A stretch of DNA of 63,290 nucleotides, filler included, from Perkinsus chesapeaki ATCC PRA-425 (lineage: Eukaryota; Protista; Perkinsozoa): the NCBI GenBank assembly GCA_013115145.1. It is 6 parts of 6 records of this genome, joined end to end, with 100 filler letters (N's around TTAATTAATTAA, not from the genome) between each part and the next. Parts side by side here need not be neighbours in the genome. Positions count along the whole stretch, not along the records: positions 1 to 28,088 come from JAAPAO010000482.1; 5 more parts are not named here. One strand, given 5' to 3'. Under the pieces are notes generated by a model. The model did not search any database, had not been told where the DNA came from, and saw nothing but the letters and a program-made list of their open reading frames with translations. The position numbers and the translations under genes are program-made. Positions 14,017-27,400 of this stretch are shown piece by piece; the stretch's first letter is position 1, and the number at the start of each line of letters is the position of its first letter.

Positions 14017-14097
14017 TGCCTCTCTGTGAGCACTATTCTGTACGCTAGCCTATCTGGTCAAGTGTGAAGCGAAGGGCAAGGGCAAGGCGAGGTGTAT

Positions 14098-14580
14098 TTG
14101 GTTATGAACAACCTCATGGCACGATGGGCGGTGGCCTTCAGGACTCTACAGTTTGCTTCAACTGCACTCGCATCGGACACATCAGCCCCGTTTGCCCCCA
14201 CAAGCTTAACGCAAATTACCTTCGTATGCCGTAGACAAGCGGGTATACGAACGTAAACCGGTTTGGTCTTGGTATGTGACATCGTTTTACACTAAAGATC
14301 CGGCTAAATATGTTCCTACTACTTATCCGAATCAGCAACGGATAAATTTTGATACTGTGTATTGCAACGCTGCTGCTGAATTTGACCCGCTGTTGCGTAA
14401 GGAGATTGTCCTCTATTGTATCTTGCGTGTTAATTGGGACACGCAAGATACCCCCTTCATCCCCATGAGTTGAAGTTCATTGCAGAACACTACTGCATTC
14501 TCGGCACTGTAAATCAGTGTGTTGATCTGAGAGATTCTTTCTGGAAGTTTCCAACTGAAACTCTGCTTGCATTCACAAGA
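14098..14580 (+). mobile_element. Decayed retrotransposon fragment (gag zinc knuckle plus RT-like motif)
   Basis: CFNCTRIGHISPVC (CX2CX4HX4C) at 14154-14195. VDLRDSFWKFP...LAFT at 14521-14577 resembles the RT xDLxxAFxQ...TAF motif. Stops lie between them. Confidence 0.55.
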
Positions 14581-15409
14581 TGAACTTCACCTGGTCCAGC
14601 TCGGTTCAGCCGTCTTAGCTCGGGAAATTTTGGATGTTAAAATCGATCGAATGATGGATTGGTCACATTCCTTCCTTCTCAGGGAGTGTCGCTGTCGGTT
14701 CGCCGTGTGGATGAAGGCGTTCTCCATGCCAACCTGTGGCGAGCGCAACCGCTGATTCGTCGCACTAACATCAACAATCATCTCATTCGCAAGCCGGGGC
14801 CGCTAGTGAGTGGATTGTTTGAGTTCTACGGGAGCTCGATGAGTTTGAAGGAGGTAAGGGTTTCTCCTAGCAGAACATAATTGACTTTCTCTTCTTTTTG
14901 TACATATCCACCGATATGGTGGGCTTCCGAACTGCGTATCTGGTTAAATCTGATGGAGACGTTTAAATGATATAAATGATAAACGATGAAGATATAAATT
15001 ATATCTACTTCTCTAAGGAAATATAAATTTTCAGCTGTTTTGCTAACATGTGTTTTCAGCGGCGGTGCTTGCTTAAAACATGTTGCTCCGTTTTTTAGCT
15101 TCTTACTACTGACTTGAAGTTTGGCTCTGGAAGTCTTTTGAAGACATACTCAATATTCTGCATAGGGAATATATAGAGAGATACCCATTGATTGTCCCAC
15201 CTTAGTTGTTTCTGATTCAGAAAACAGAAAACGCGACACGTTTTCTGCAACAGTTGCAAACGGTTAGTATACAGTGGAGGTCTCCCTAAGCCTCTTTAGG
15301 ACGCTTTTGCAACATACTGTAGCAGTTGTACGTTGTACCAGCGATTACTTGAATCAGAGCTCTGCTACACGTTTGAAATTTCCTGATTTTCTACTAGGTC
15401 TTCTCTAAC

Positions 15410-18400
15410 ATAGAGTTCATCAGGCATATGTTACCTTATTCCAAGCACCATTTGCGAGGGTATCTCGGCCTGGTCAGAAGGGCATAGAAGAAGATAGAGA
15501 CGAGGAAGCCGAGAACTTGAATCCGTTCAAGTTGGTGAGTTCTTCTTGGCACAATATATCGGAGGCGTTGTAAGGAGCTGGAAATTTTATTAGGAAATTA
15601 TAGGTTTTTGGGATAGTAGATTTTTGGATTGTATTTCAGTGAATTGTCACAATTCAATTGTAGAAGAAATGAAGTAAACTCATCGCCGAAATGAATGAGG
15701 CATCATTTTCATTTCGGATTGATATAATGTTTAATGCGTGAAGGTTTCTTACGTTGTCACGTACAAGCTGGGCCACGGTGGCAAGGCCACCGAGCTCCTC
15801 GGTAAAACATCTTAGTTAAATATTTGTTTCTGTTCAGTTTTTGATTTTGCATGGAATAGTGATCATTTTTCATTTTATACATATCATTTCTCCATCGCAT
15901 CTGATAGCATGCCATTTTCTTGCGCCTCGAGAGCTAATCGGTAGAATTTTTCATTTTTTAGCTCCGTCTGCTGGTCGAGCCCGTCGCCGAAACTGACATA
16001 CTCACCTGCACGCCAATTGCCGCAGTTTTCCAAGCCGCTCAAGGATCTTCAACAAGTGGTACGTTGAGAAAGATATTTGAAAATCGATCAAGAGGGTGCC
16101 GCGCGCTATTTAAACTGCTGGTGTGGTTTTAGGTGCTAGCAATAGGGCTAGACGGAGAGCGAAATCAATTTTTAGATCAGCCCTGAATGAGGTAAGAAAT
16201 CAGCGGGGGGGGACGCTGCGAATTTCCTAGTGGGAAAGTGCGTTCGTTTGCCCAAGGCCGTGAACGGACTCTGTGTCCCGCTCACCGGGCGGAGTTGTAA
16301 TGTATCAAAGACTGTGATTCTGAAGCACTGATCCATAGTATCCCTTTGACGATATGCAGAGTTCGATAGCGAATAAAGCTCGTTATAAAAAACCGAATTT
16401 AATACTTTCACGGGGAGCATGAGACATTCAACCACGCAAAATGTAAATTGAATTAATCTTCAGTTGGTTGCAAAGTAAACTCGATTCCTGAATACTAGCC
16501 TAAATGGTGTAGTTGGATCATCCAGATCGGATGAATCGTAATCTTGTATTAGGAAATTTTCGAAATGTCTTCGAACGAGGTGAAGTGAGTTTCTGCGAGG
16601 AAAAACTGGAATTCTTCAGCGATTCTTTCAAGCGTAAAATGTTCGTCATTGTCAGAAAAAAGAGCAACAAAACAAGTTCTTGACCACGCTAGCGGCCGTC
16701 ACGAAGCTCTCGCCTTCCCGGTTCGCATCGGTTGGCAGCGTCACAGATCAAGTCGAGCCATCCTTCCTCGCCGCGAGAAAAACTATCAGTAGACCTGAAA
16801 TAAGCGATTTGACTTACAGCAGGGTAAGCTGGTGTTTTGGCGGAGAGATTTCCGTTTTACAGATTTCGCCGCATTTGGAGGTTTGCCTGTTATCACCGAT
16901 ACTCGTTGATGACCTTGTCGAGAAGAATTGCGGTCTGCTTCTGGATGTATCCGAGGGAACGATAGGCCAAATTGAGGTGGGGGCATTGTTGGGGTGTCGC
17001 TATGTTTGGCCTACCTATACACTGTATAATATACATATCCCCACGGCTAGTAAATTGCAAGCTCTGGTCTGCTTGATTTTGGCCGATCAAATGCTTTTCC
17101 TGAGTAATGCCTAACACGTCAAAGAAAGATTACCGTTGCGTTCCTGATTTGTCGGGCTCAGTCAATGCTTGCTTCTGAAACGGTTGATCGATTTAGTGTA
17201 GGGTTTTGTGAAGTGCACAGCGAAGATGAGCCAGAGGCTTTTTGAGAGAGCGCGATACTCGTCGTGTTGTTAGTTGATCGAGAGTCTCGCCTTCTTATCA
17301 TTTTCCGGTGGAAATCTCTCATCTTGTTCCATGGACTTCCGAAGGCCGGGCTTCCGTGGCCGATATCAACATCTAGGGGGTTTGCATTATAATACTTCAT
17401 CATCAGGACCAAGATGCCTTGAGACGTCTGGTGTATTATCGACTTCAACGCATGGAGGAAGAACTCCACGCTGGTCGGGCCTTGCACCTCGGAATTTTTT
17501 CCGATGCCGAATTTTCCGGAATAATTTCGATCACAGCGGAGCGAAGCAAACGAGGATTACTCAAGGATAAATTGACAGTGAGATTAGCGGACGCTATAGC
17601 TGGACCAGGTGGGCTGAGAAAATGGAAGATTTGATGAGATTGCTACATTTCAGGAGCTGCCACTGTGTGTTTGGGAACAAGCCTGTCTCGATGGGGTCCT
17701 TTGCTTTTTCCGAACTCGGAATTCGAGGATCTAGCGACAAGGCTAAGAATGTTCACATGTAAGCGTCACGCGCCGCGAAATTCGGGAGAGATGGTGTCTC
17801 TTCGTTCTTTTGGGAAGCTTGTCTTGTGGCAATTTGTGAAGATGAAAGAATCATGGAATTGCGAGAAAAAATGTATTTCGTCCAGATTTTCTTCGGAAAA
17901 TTGCGTGAAAATCCAATGTCGGCGGGGAATTATGGGAAATAAGATTTTCCCGCGAGCTACTTCGTGAATCTGTCAGATTCGAGTGGCCATAAGCAAGTTG
18001 TTTTCGGTGATCCGACTTCCTTGGGTGGAGATGGTTATTACGATCTGCCTCCTATGGCAGCTAGACTGGGGCTGATGAGGAGTAGAGAAAACTTCACCTT
18101 CGATGCTTCCAGGCTGGCATTACCTGGACCGCCGCAGGTGAGATCTCCTCTCGAAAGGGATTTGCTCAATATTCGGATCCCCCAGTAAGGTTTATTCATT
18201 TAAAATGATGAAAAATTAAAAAATGGAAATTCTCTTTTGAACAACAGAACAATTCACGGCGGAATTATTCAGTCTCAAGAGTACAGATTCTGGAAGTTTC
18301 AGTTTGCGAGTTTTGTCGATTATGCCTTGTAGCCCTGACGCTCTTGCTATTCCTTGCAAAGATCTTTCTAGCACGCGGCTATTCAATAACTTCATTCCGG

Positions 18401-21400
18401 TTGCCTTCTTGGACGAGTCACTCAGGATCAGTCACCGTCATGTCCTTGTGTGTCCACTTGGCTATCTTTGCACTAACCGTGCTCCTACTTGGTCACCTAC
18501 TCCTGAGCGTTAGTTCCGGTTAACAGCACCCGAGGCCTTATTCGCTATGTGCCTCGAGGGCGAGTAGGTCGGCACCCGGTGCCATGCACCGGTCAGGCGC
18601 CCTGGAGAGGTGTCTGGCTCGGCAAGCAAGTCACACCTCTCAATTACACCTTCCCTTCCACCTACGACGTAGGTGGAAGGAAAGGTGGAAAAACTATTGT
18701 GTTGAACTATTGTGTGGAGAGTTCCAGTGCCTCTTCTCTTATTTCCGGCGTACATTTGTATCATGTCTTGCCAAGAAATATCGAGAAGAATGAAAAGTCG
18801 AAGCGACAGATGAATGGCAAGTGCTCAGATTCTGCACACTCACGGAAATGCGCGCTTTTTGTGAGTTGTCACGTGTCATTTTGCCATGTATATTTTCCAT
18901 TGTGTGGAGAGTTCCAGTGCCTCCACGATCCGCACGTCGTGCGGATCTCGTCCCGCTAGGCTCGCCCAAGCTGCCGGCCCCGTAGTTCGTGCACCTGCTG
19001 TTGTGTACGGAATCGCGTTGCTTTCTGAGTAATACCTATGGTTCTTATGGCTGTGGTATATCAAGTGGTTAAGGCCTATATGGACTACGGAAAGCTTAGG
19101 CGAAATGCGCGGTGCCTGAGATGCTTATACTCCCTCAATTAGTTGGACATATCATCCTGTGATGTGGGCGGACGGCGCAGTTTAGCAAGGATTGTGGTTT
19201 GGCTGCTCGTATTATCTTGACTGTGCTTCGCAAACTGAAAGTTGCAATCTTTTTATTATTGTTATTTTCTGCTGTCTTTGTAATAGCTGTGGTTCGTATG
19301 GTGGCTGTGGCAGTAGTAAAGTGTGGTAGTAGTGTGGTAGTAGTGGTAAATATATTGATAGGTTATCCCGCATTGATGATTGTAATGCGTTACGCAACTT
19401 GTGTTCCGAGTAGGAACTTCCTACTCACCTTTAGTGCTGCAATAGACACTGTAACATGACATCTGATATCCGTATTATTGAACAGTGGCCGTCATAAAAC
19501 CTAACTTGAGGGGAATTCCGAATCCTCAAGAATATGGAAAATTTCGTGGCAAGTGACAACTTGGTGGTTCATGCTTAGGAATATATTCTTATTGTAGCTT
19601 ATTTATTAACTTCTTCTCAGCTTCGAGGATCGGACCCACTCGAGTTTGTTGGTATAACTAATGTTGAAGGCATCGGCCATGGGAGGGACTGCTGGTGGTG
19701 GCCTATCAAGTAGGCTTAATCAAGCTCGACGAGCTTGTTGTTCAACGTCGTCTTTTGGAGTTGTGAGCCACTAATAATTGATTGAAACTTTTTACGGTTT
19801 AAGTTCAAAATTACCTCATTTTTCTTCTCGCAGTTGTATGCAGTGCGAAATTTCGCTGCCCACAATCTTTATTTTTCCCGTCGGATGTAAATTCCTATGA
19901 TTCTATTCTCTAGTATTTCTGCGAAGGTTCGATCCCTGCACATGTCATTTTTAGGCATTTGGGCTCGAGTGTCCCGAGCCTGGCGAACTCGTGGATAGCA
20001 CTTCGGGCGGCCAGAAAAAAGAAGATAAATGAAGATTTGGAGAAGTATGTTGGAAAATTTTCCGGATTTTTCCCGATTTTTCGGATTCAGCAATACACCT
20101 TTAGCTGCTGATTAGGAAGTCTTGAGGAGAGGATCAGATTTAGGGAATTCATTGTGAATTCGATTTTTCAAGTGAATTCGTTCGCACCTTTGGGGAGTTT
20201 CTTAAAGAATTGCACGAAGCTTCATGAATAATTACTGTGGAACAATTTTCCGAACATGAAAATTGGAAATGGAAATTTTTTTCTCTTCTTAATCAAGACT
20301 GGGTATCAAAATTTGGGCCAAGAAAAATTCTCGCGCGCATCGAAACTCTATTCTAACTGGGAGGGATGTCTGTCGTTGGAGCACTCGGAAATTCCCAGTG
20401 GAAGTTTTCCAATGTCTCTTTTTGAAATTCAATCGATTTCATTTCGTGTTTGCTGAAGATGAAAACCTTCGCTGTGTGAAAGGATATTTTTCAGGTTGAG
20501 AAACGATTGCCGGGTGGAAGAAAAATTGAACCAAGGTTTGTCAGAGGAATTCACGGAGTTGCTGAAAGATGCGGTTGAAATCGAAGGCGGCAAAGCTGAA
20601 TTAGTAACGACCCGCGAAGAAACAACGGAAACTTTATTCCGACTGGTGTAGAGGGTGGTTATCTCTGTTGCCCTTTCAGTAGTATTTTTGTTTCAAAGAG
20701 GAACATCGGATGTTAGGATGCTTAAGGAGGAATACATTGTTTATGTTTGGTAGTCTAGAAACTTATTATGTCTCTCCCGCAATGGGATTACGGGTAAAAC
20801 TTCCCGTGAGGAGAAACCAATTGCGGTGATTAGATTCGACTGTGTTTCCTTGATAAATTCTTTCAAATTTTCTCGAAGATTTTATGTAGAATGTTAGAAT
20901 TTATGTTTTTAGACTGACCCTGGAGCGGTGGACGAATCGAGCGGACGGTTGAGTGAGCACGGTAGGCCTCTGGTTCAATTCCTGGTTGAAGCATTCGATC
21001 AGATTCGACGAAGGGGAGCGAAATGAGTCCAGCTGCATTACGCGGTAAGATATATAGCCTAAACTGTGGAATGTTACCAACTTGAAATATCTGTCACTTG
21101 ATAAATTGTAAACTCAATTGAGCTTATAATTTATCAGCCATGAAAACCCCCGTTGTGGTGATGGAAGATGTTAAAATCAAGGAACGAAATTCTGCAAAAT
21201 TTTCATAAGCAGGAAAATATTTTTCAGAACGCTCCGCCCAAGAATTAGAGTGTCTTAAACAAGGCTGGTCACATCGCATGGAGGCCAGAACTTTCACACA
21301 GGAAGCCGATACGATGGAGGAAGCTGCTGCAGAAGGAACTAGAATGCTGAGCAGCATCACTACGAAAATCAGACAAGTAGATACATTAAATCGATCAACT

Positions 21401-24400
21401 GGGCGAGCGCTTTCCACATTGATATCAGATACGAGAGGATTGTTCAAGTAGGAAGGTTGCGGCGGATATGGCGAAGGAGTTGGCAACGGCGGCCAAGAGG
21501 AGAAATGAGTGAGAAAACTCGGACTTTGTTTTTTTGTGATGGAAAAAAAGGGGAAAATATGGAATTTTCGGTGGAAAAAAGTTAGCATGATTCCGGGATC
21601 ATTTTGGGCATGACGGCTTCCGCCGGCTTGCGTCGGAAAGTGAGAGAATTTTCAGAAATTTCATTTTCAGTACTGCGAAATACACCGCTCTGAAGCAAGC
21701 TAAGAAAGAACGCCGCGAGGAACTGGAGAAATCCGAGCATGCGAGAGATGAAGCGATCGCAGGTTTGTTGTGCATGCGTGCAAATATTAGAATTGTTCTT
21801 TATTCAGAGCTGAAACAGATTGAAAAAGAGCTTGGGGAGGCACGCGCGAATATGACCGAGGCACGAAGTCGGGCTAAAAAACATATCGAGTGCGCAGTGG
21901 CGTGTGAAAAAAGTGGCGATCATGCGATTGGGCGGGTGAAGGTTGAGCAGGAGTTAGAGCGAGTAAGTCATTTCTTTAGTCGAATGGCTTTCTTGAATTT
22001 TTGCAACTTTGATTGCCCGATATCGCCAAGTGGAATTGCTTGATTGCCTCAGGCCAACGATGAGCAGAATATATGTCACAGGAAAATTGAGGCGTTGGAA
22101 AAGGAGAAGGCTGAGGTTCAAGATGATATCAATAAGAAGGAACAATTGCTAGGTGTGTGTCGTTGAGGAAAATTAGGAAAATTTTTTTAACTTTTCTTGA
22201 AACCGGAAAATTTCTGAATTTATTCTTCAATACATTTTCTAAGAATACCCTTTCGGAATTTTCCGGGAAAAAAACCGAATCTTTCTCAACATTGTTCTTC
22301 CGTCGAGCTTGTTGAGAAACTTAGCTCTTGAGCTTCCCAATACTGTGCATCCTGCAGATCGCCTATCGACGGAAATCCTGTCCCTACCACCGACCTCGAG
22401 GATAAGGAGCGTGCATCAAGCTAAGATACGCTTGAATAGGCAGGAGGTTGCAGAGGTGAGTCGCGAGCCTTTTTTCGGTGAATGACGTCCTGGCGGGTAT
22501 ATAGCATCATCTTAAATTTATAGTGAATTATCATCTGCTAATCATATTGCGATCTAAGACTCATCTGCCTCAAGGCTCACGGCTGTGTCCTACTCGGGCC
22601 CCTGAAATGTTCCTAATACGGAGCGATTATAGAAACTACGTTGATTGAAAATACGTTCCCACGGCCTCAAGGCCTAGCATGAAATGCATCCCTCCGGGGA
22701 CACTTGAGATTACTCAATGACAGTGGGAGATCTAGTCATTTTTGTTAGTTTTTTTTCTCCCCGGATCCTGTAAAAATCAGTGATTAAATTAGAGTAAATA
22801 TGACAGTGGGAGAATGATTCTTATTATGAAGTGTACGAAGCTTAGAAAGCAAAACGGAAAGCGTGCAGGGAATCTCTATTGAAGATCCGATGTAAGATAT
22901 TCAGATATTAAAGATTTATTAGTGCGATCTTTATTAAATCGCACTATAGAGATTCTGTGAGTCACAGAATCAGGGGGACCTACTGTCGCATGATGCCACT
23001 TGCATATTACAGTTATCATCAAATAAAAAGTTGACGGAATCCGGCAATGATTTTTTTCTCAGGCCCGTCAGAAATTTGAGGAGCTTGAAGCGAAGGTGGC
23101 AAGTGAACAAAAACAGGAGGAGAAAAGCAAGAAAGAGATAACAGAGTTGAAGGAGACGCTGGAGAGGATTGAGAGATTTAGTCATAGGAAGAAGTTTGAA
23201 GACAGGTAAGGAATCGAAGGACTTCGTTGGAATATATGCTAGAAGTGTAAATTAGGTTATCATGTGAATCTATTTATTATCATTACTTTACTGGGGATCG
23301 GAAGGATCTCCTTAGATAATCACTATTGAATTTATGAACGCCTTTGCTGTTAGATAAATAAATTAGTATAACTTACGTTCAATTTAAATCAACAACTTGT
23401 CCAACAAAGTTCATCCGCACTCAATTTTCGTTGTCAATTACTTTATGTGATTTTCTCGATCTGGTTCAGATTGTCTATCATGGAAAAGCTGAATCTTTCC
23501 TCGGCGTCGCTGAAAAACCTGAACCAGAAAATTGCGCAGGCAAAGAGTGAGTTGGAAGACATCGACGATCTGGCGGTAAGACTTGTCAGCACAGAAGGGC
23601 TTGATGGAATTGAGGAAGATCGGATTTTAGGCCCAGAAAAGATGGATTTTATGCTTCTTATTTCACTAGTAACATATTTCCTATCAAACTCCTTTCTATT
23701 ATATCTCCTCTTCCGTATCACTAGTAACATATTTCCCATCAAACTCCTTTCTATTATATCTCCTCCTCCGTATCGCTAGTTGCGTATTCCTGTGAGATAT
23801 GGTGTCTCAGGTGGAATCGAAGGAGCTTTTGGAACTTGTTGAGGAGGCGCGAGTAGCTGCAGAGACTTTTATGCTTTATCCTGGATCCGACCGAGCGTAA
23901 GGGGAAATTTTCGACGGAAAAAACTTTTTCTCGATTTTTTGTGTGATTTCCAACGGATTTTTTCCACTTCGCGCAATTCGTTCCAGTTCGCCAAATCGAA
24001 TCGGTAATGACTGATGTCGTAAGTCTAACGCGACTTGTCTGGTGTCTGGTCTATGTGTGATTAGCTCAGCTTGGAGTATTAGGGAAAATAAAACAAAATA
24101 ATATTAGTTCTGCAGCAGAACTAATATTATTTTCAGCAGAACTTCTGCTAGAGTGGACAGGCTTTGTCATATTATTGTCTACTCGGCACACTCAGTCCAA
24201 TAAGACAGGAAGTCCTGTAAGTTGTCATTTTCATACAGTGCTCCAAATTAATTTGGAATATATCCTTAAAATGTCGATACGCGATAACTAGAGTGAGTTT
24301 AACCATGAAATCAGATTATGTCATACTTAGCTATATTACATTCGTTGTCACAGAACTTCTCGACCGTTTCATGCCAGCTGGTGACAATATGGGCGAGCGA

Positions 24401-27400
24401 GTTTTTCGCCCGTGCCAGCTATGCCAAATTGAATTGGAATATGTGCTAAATCACCTTCCTATTCAACAACTCGGTACTATTGAACTTTTGAAAAGGAACT
24501 AAGACACTCATGTAATCATGCTAAGAGTACTAAACTAGCTCAAAAGTCAATCGTACACCCTTTTCGTTCCAGAACAGCACAAAGCCGCTTCCACATAGAC
24601 TCCGTGCATGCAGCTGGCGACGAAATCCCTGCTCAACTCGGCCCAAGCTCGATGGACAGCTTCCTCTAGCTCTCTCACCGTGTTGTATGCAGCTTGGCCG
24701 GGCTTGTAGACCATTCTGACCAGCTGTCCCCAGACGTTTTCGATGGGGTTAAGGTCTGGGGACAGTGATGGCCACCCGCAAGTGTCCACCCCGTGCGCCT
24801 CTAACCAATCCTTTGTACTACGAGAGGCATGACAGGATGCATTATCTTGCTGGAAAATCATTCCCTCTTCAAGAACTGGCAGGAGTTTATCGTGTAGCAT
24901 CTCCTGATACCCCTCCGAGTTCAACCATCCACTTACGGTAGTGAAACGCAGCTTGCGTCTACCAACTATCGCACTCCACACTATCAGAGATCCACCACCG
25001 AAGCTTCTCCTGGATCTAAACCAACTCTGGTCCACCTGGGATCCTCCAATAAGAATAGACCCCGGCGAAACAGTACGCCTTTTTGTCTGCAGGGCCTGCA
25101 GACTGGCAAACCAAGATTCCTCACCAAATCTTCGCAGCTGCTCCCAGGAACCTTAATCAGTTCGCGAATAATGCGCCTTTGGAGGTGTTTGTGAGCTTCG
25201 TGGGAGCTCCGCGTTTGGCACTAGACTCCCTCGCAAAGGATTGTATGATCTTACTGACGGCCGATTGTGTAATTCCGTGGCACTCGGCTATTTCCTTTTG
25301 ACTGTACCTCTTCTTTCCTTCCGGGCTACGCGCCTCGCTCATGGCTCGGATAAGAGACTTTTTCTCGGGGCTACTGTTCTTGTTTGATCCCCTGTGCGGT
25401 TAAGCTATGCCACAATTTTATTAGGCAAAGCTGGCACGGGAGGAAAACTCGCTCGCCCATATTGTCACCAGCTGGCATGAAACGGTCGAGAAGTTCTGTG
25501 ACAACGAATGTAATATAGCTAAGTATGACATAATCTGATTTCATGGTTAAACTCACTCTAGTTATCGCGTATCGACATTTTAAGGTTATATTCCAAATTA
25601 GTTTGGAGCACTGTAGAAACTGTTTCTGCTCTCTAACTCGAACTAGTATCACCGGTGTAGTTAAATCACACTGGGGTTAGTTCAACATGCTTGTATATGG
25701 AAGCCTTCCATTGGAAGGTCACACACGTGATAGGCAGGTATCCGAGGCTGCCGATTCCTCGTAGTGTCAATACGAGCTTGTATAACCACACGGGGTATTT
25801 CCAACACTCTTGCCATCGTGGTATGAACAACAATAAGAAGAACAACTCATAGCTGCTCCATTTTTTATTATCATTCTTCCTCTGGCAAAATCACTGATAG
25901 GAGATGTTTCCCAGACGAGCTTGGGAATTTCCTATATTGACGATTTTTTGTGACTTTTTTGCGTTGCAGTATTCCTTTTCAGTTACAGTGAAGTGGAGGA
26001 TTCCAGAAAGGGGGGCGACAGGTTCGTGAAGGATATTTTTCCCTGGACATTTTCACTTCAGTTTCTGTCCATCGCTTAAAAGGAGTCGATCGGTGGAGCG
26101 TTGGTAAGAAAATTGATCGGTGAAATTTTGATATTTTTCAGGTATTTTTGCGACGAGTGGATGCCTTTGGAGTTGCCTCACATATTGAGGCAAGAAGGGA
26201 TGGAGTGCATCGCTCCGTTCGAAGTAGGTGGTTTTCTTGGGTGAAATTTAGTTTTTTGGGGAAAATTTTCGAGATTTTTTGGGGAATTTTCGGAAATTTC
26301 TGCCATTTAACTTCGGAAGGTTTTATACCGTGAAATGATGCGCGAGAATTAGCAAGTATTAAAATTCAAATAGTGAGTATCTTTTCTTTCATAAGAGGCA
26401 TGCTTTAACCTATGATATTTTTACCTAGGTTGAGTCCATTGACGCTAGGAAGCGGCCTACTCTGGTCGTTTTTTATTCGCCGTGGAATAAGGAATGCATC
26501 AGGAAATCGGATGACATGCTGCGAATTGGAAAGGAGCTGAAGGTGAGACTCTACACAGTGTGACGCGACAGTTGAACGGGAATCTTTTAATAATGAGAAA
26601 GTTGAGAATCTTTTTGGAATGAACCGTTTTTACCGAATTTTCGTACCACCGCTAACATGTGCTGAGGAATACCGTAGTATAATTCAGAGTTGGCGATGAA
26701 TACTTTTAAGAAAAATTTAATTTCCCCAGCTGAAATGTTCTGAGATTTAGCCCCCTTCACCCAGAATTTTAAGTCAGTTGCCTCATGACCTCGTGCCATA
26801 ATTCCGGCATATTTTACTTATCGAAAAGCTGTGACACTCAGAGTCTAATATGTCTAGTGACTAGACATATTAGCAGATTTGCCGTCACTGTCTGTGAGTG
26901 GCAGCGTAGCGGCGTGCTCTGCTCGTCAGCTCGAAACGCAGCAAACGGCACATTTTAGGCGGCGAGCTCAGTATGAGCTCCATTGTCGGGAATGGGAGAT
27001 AGCGTCCCAGGAGGGTCACCTTTCATACGTCATAAAATACCGGAAGGAGGGTTTCCATGTTTCGGCAGCATGAGCGACCAAGCCGAATCCCATGGCTGGA
27101 ATGCCGCGAACTCAGATCGATGTTGAGAGCACTTGATGTCCGTGTACGTTCAAGACATTATCGTGCGTCAACCCGGACTAGCTCAAGGAGTCTGTCGGGC
27201 CGAATCCTTAAAGGGGACCATACCCGCCCTTTGGCGGGTAAAGTGACTTCACAGGCAGGCGTCAAATGGAGTTATTGGTGATGAATATTTCTAGTAAAAA
27301 CGTCATTCTCCCAGTTGATCATCCTCATTATTGAATAATATAATGTTATGTATTACAGTAATTATACAGATGTACCATGAACTCGGAATGAAAAGGAAAA

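Noticed and set aside
16512-16533. GTTGGAT/CATCCAGA/TCGGATG as another 7-8-7 scar
   Set aside because: It needs three or more mismatches; too degenerate to count.
18330-18430. LSDSSKKATG on the minus strand, resembling a retroelement RNase H start
   Set aside because: A single short motif with no supporting downstream residues.
18709-18923. 25-bp direct repeats as a CRISPR array
   Set aside because: Only two copies, a 165-bp spacer, eukaryotic context and no cas genes.
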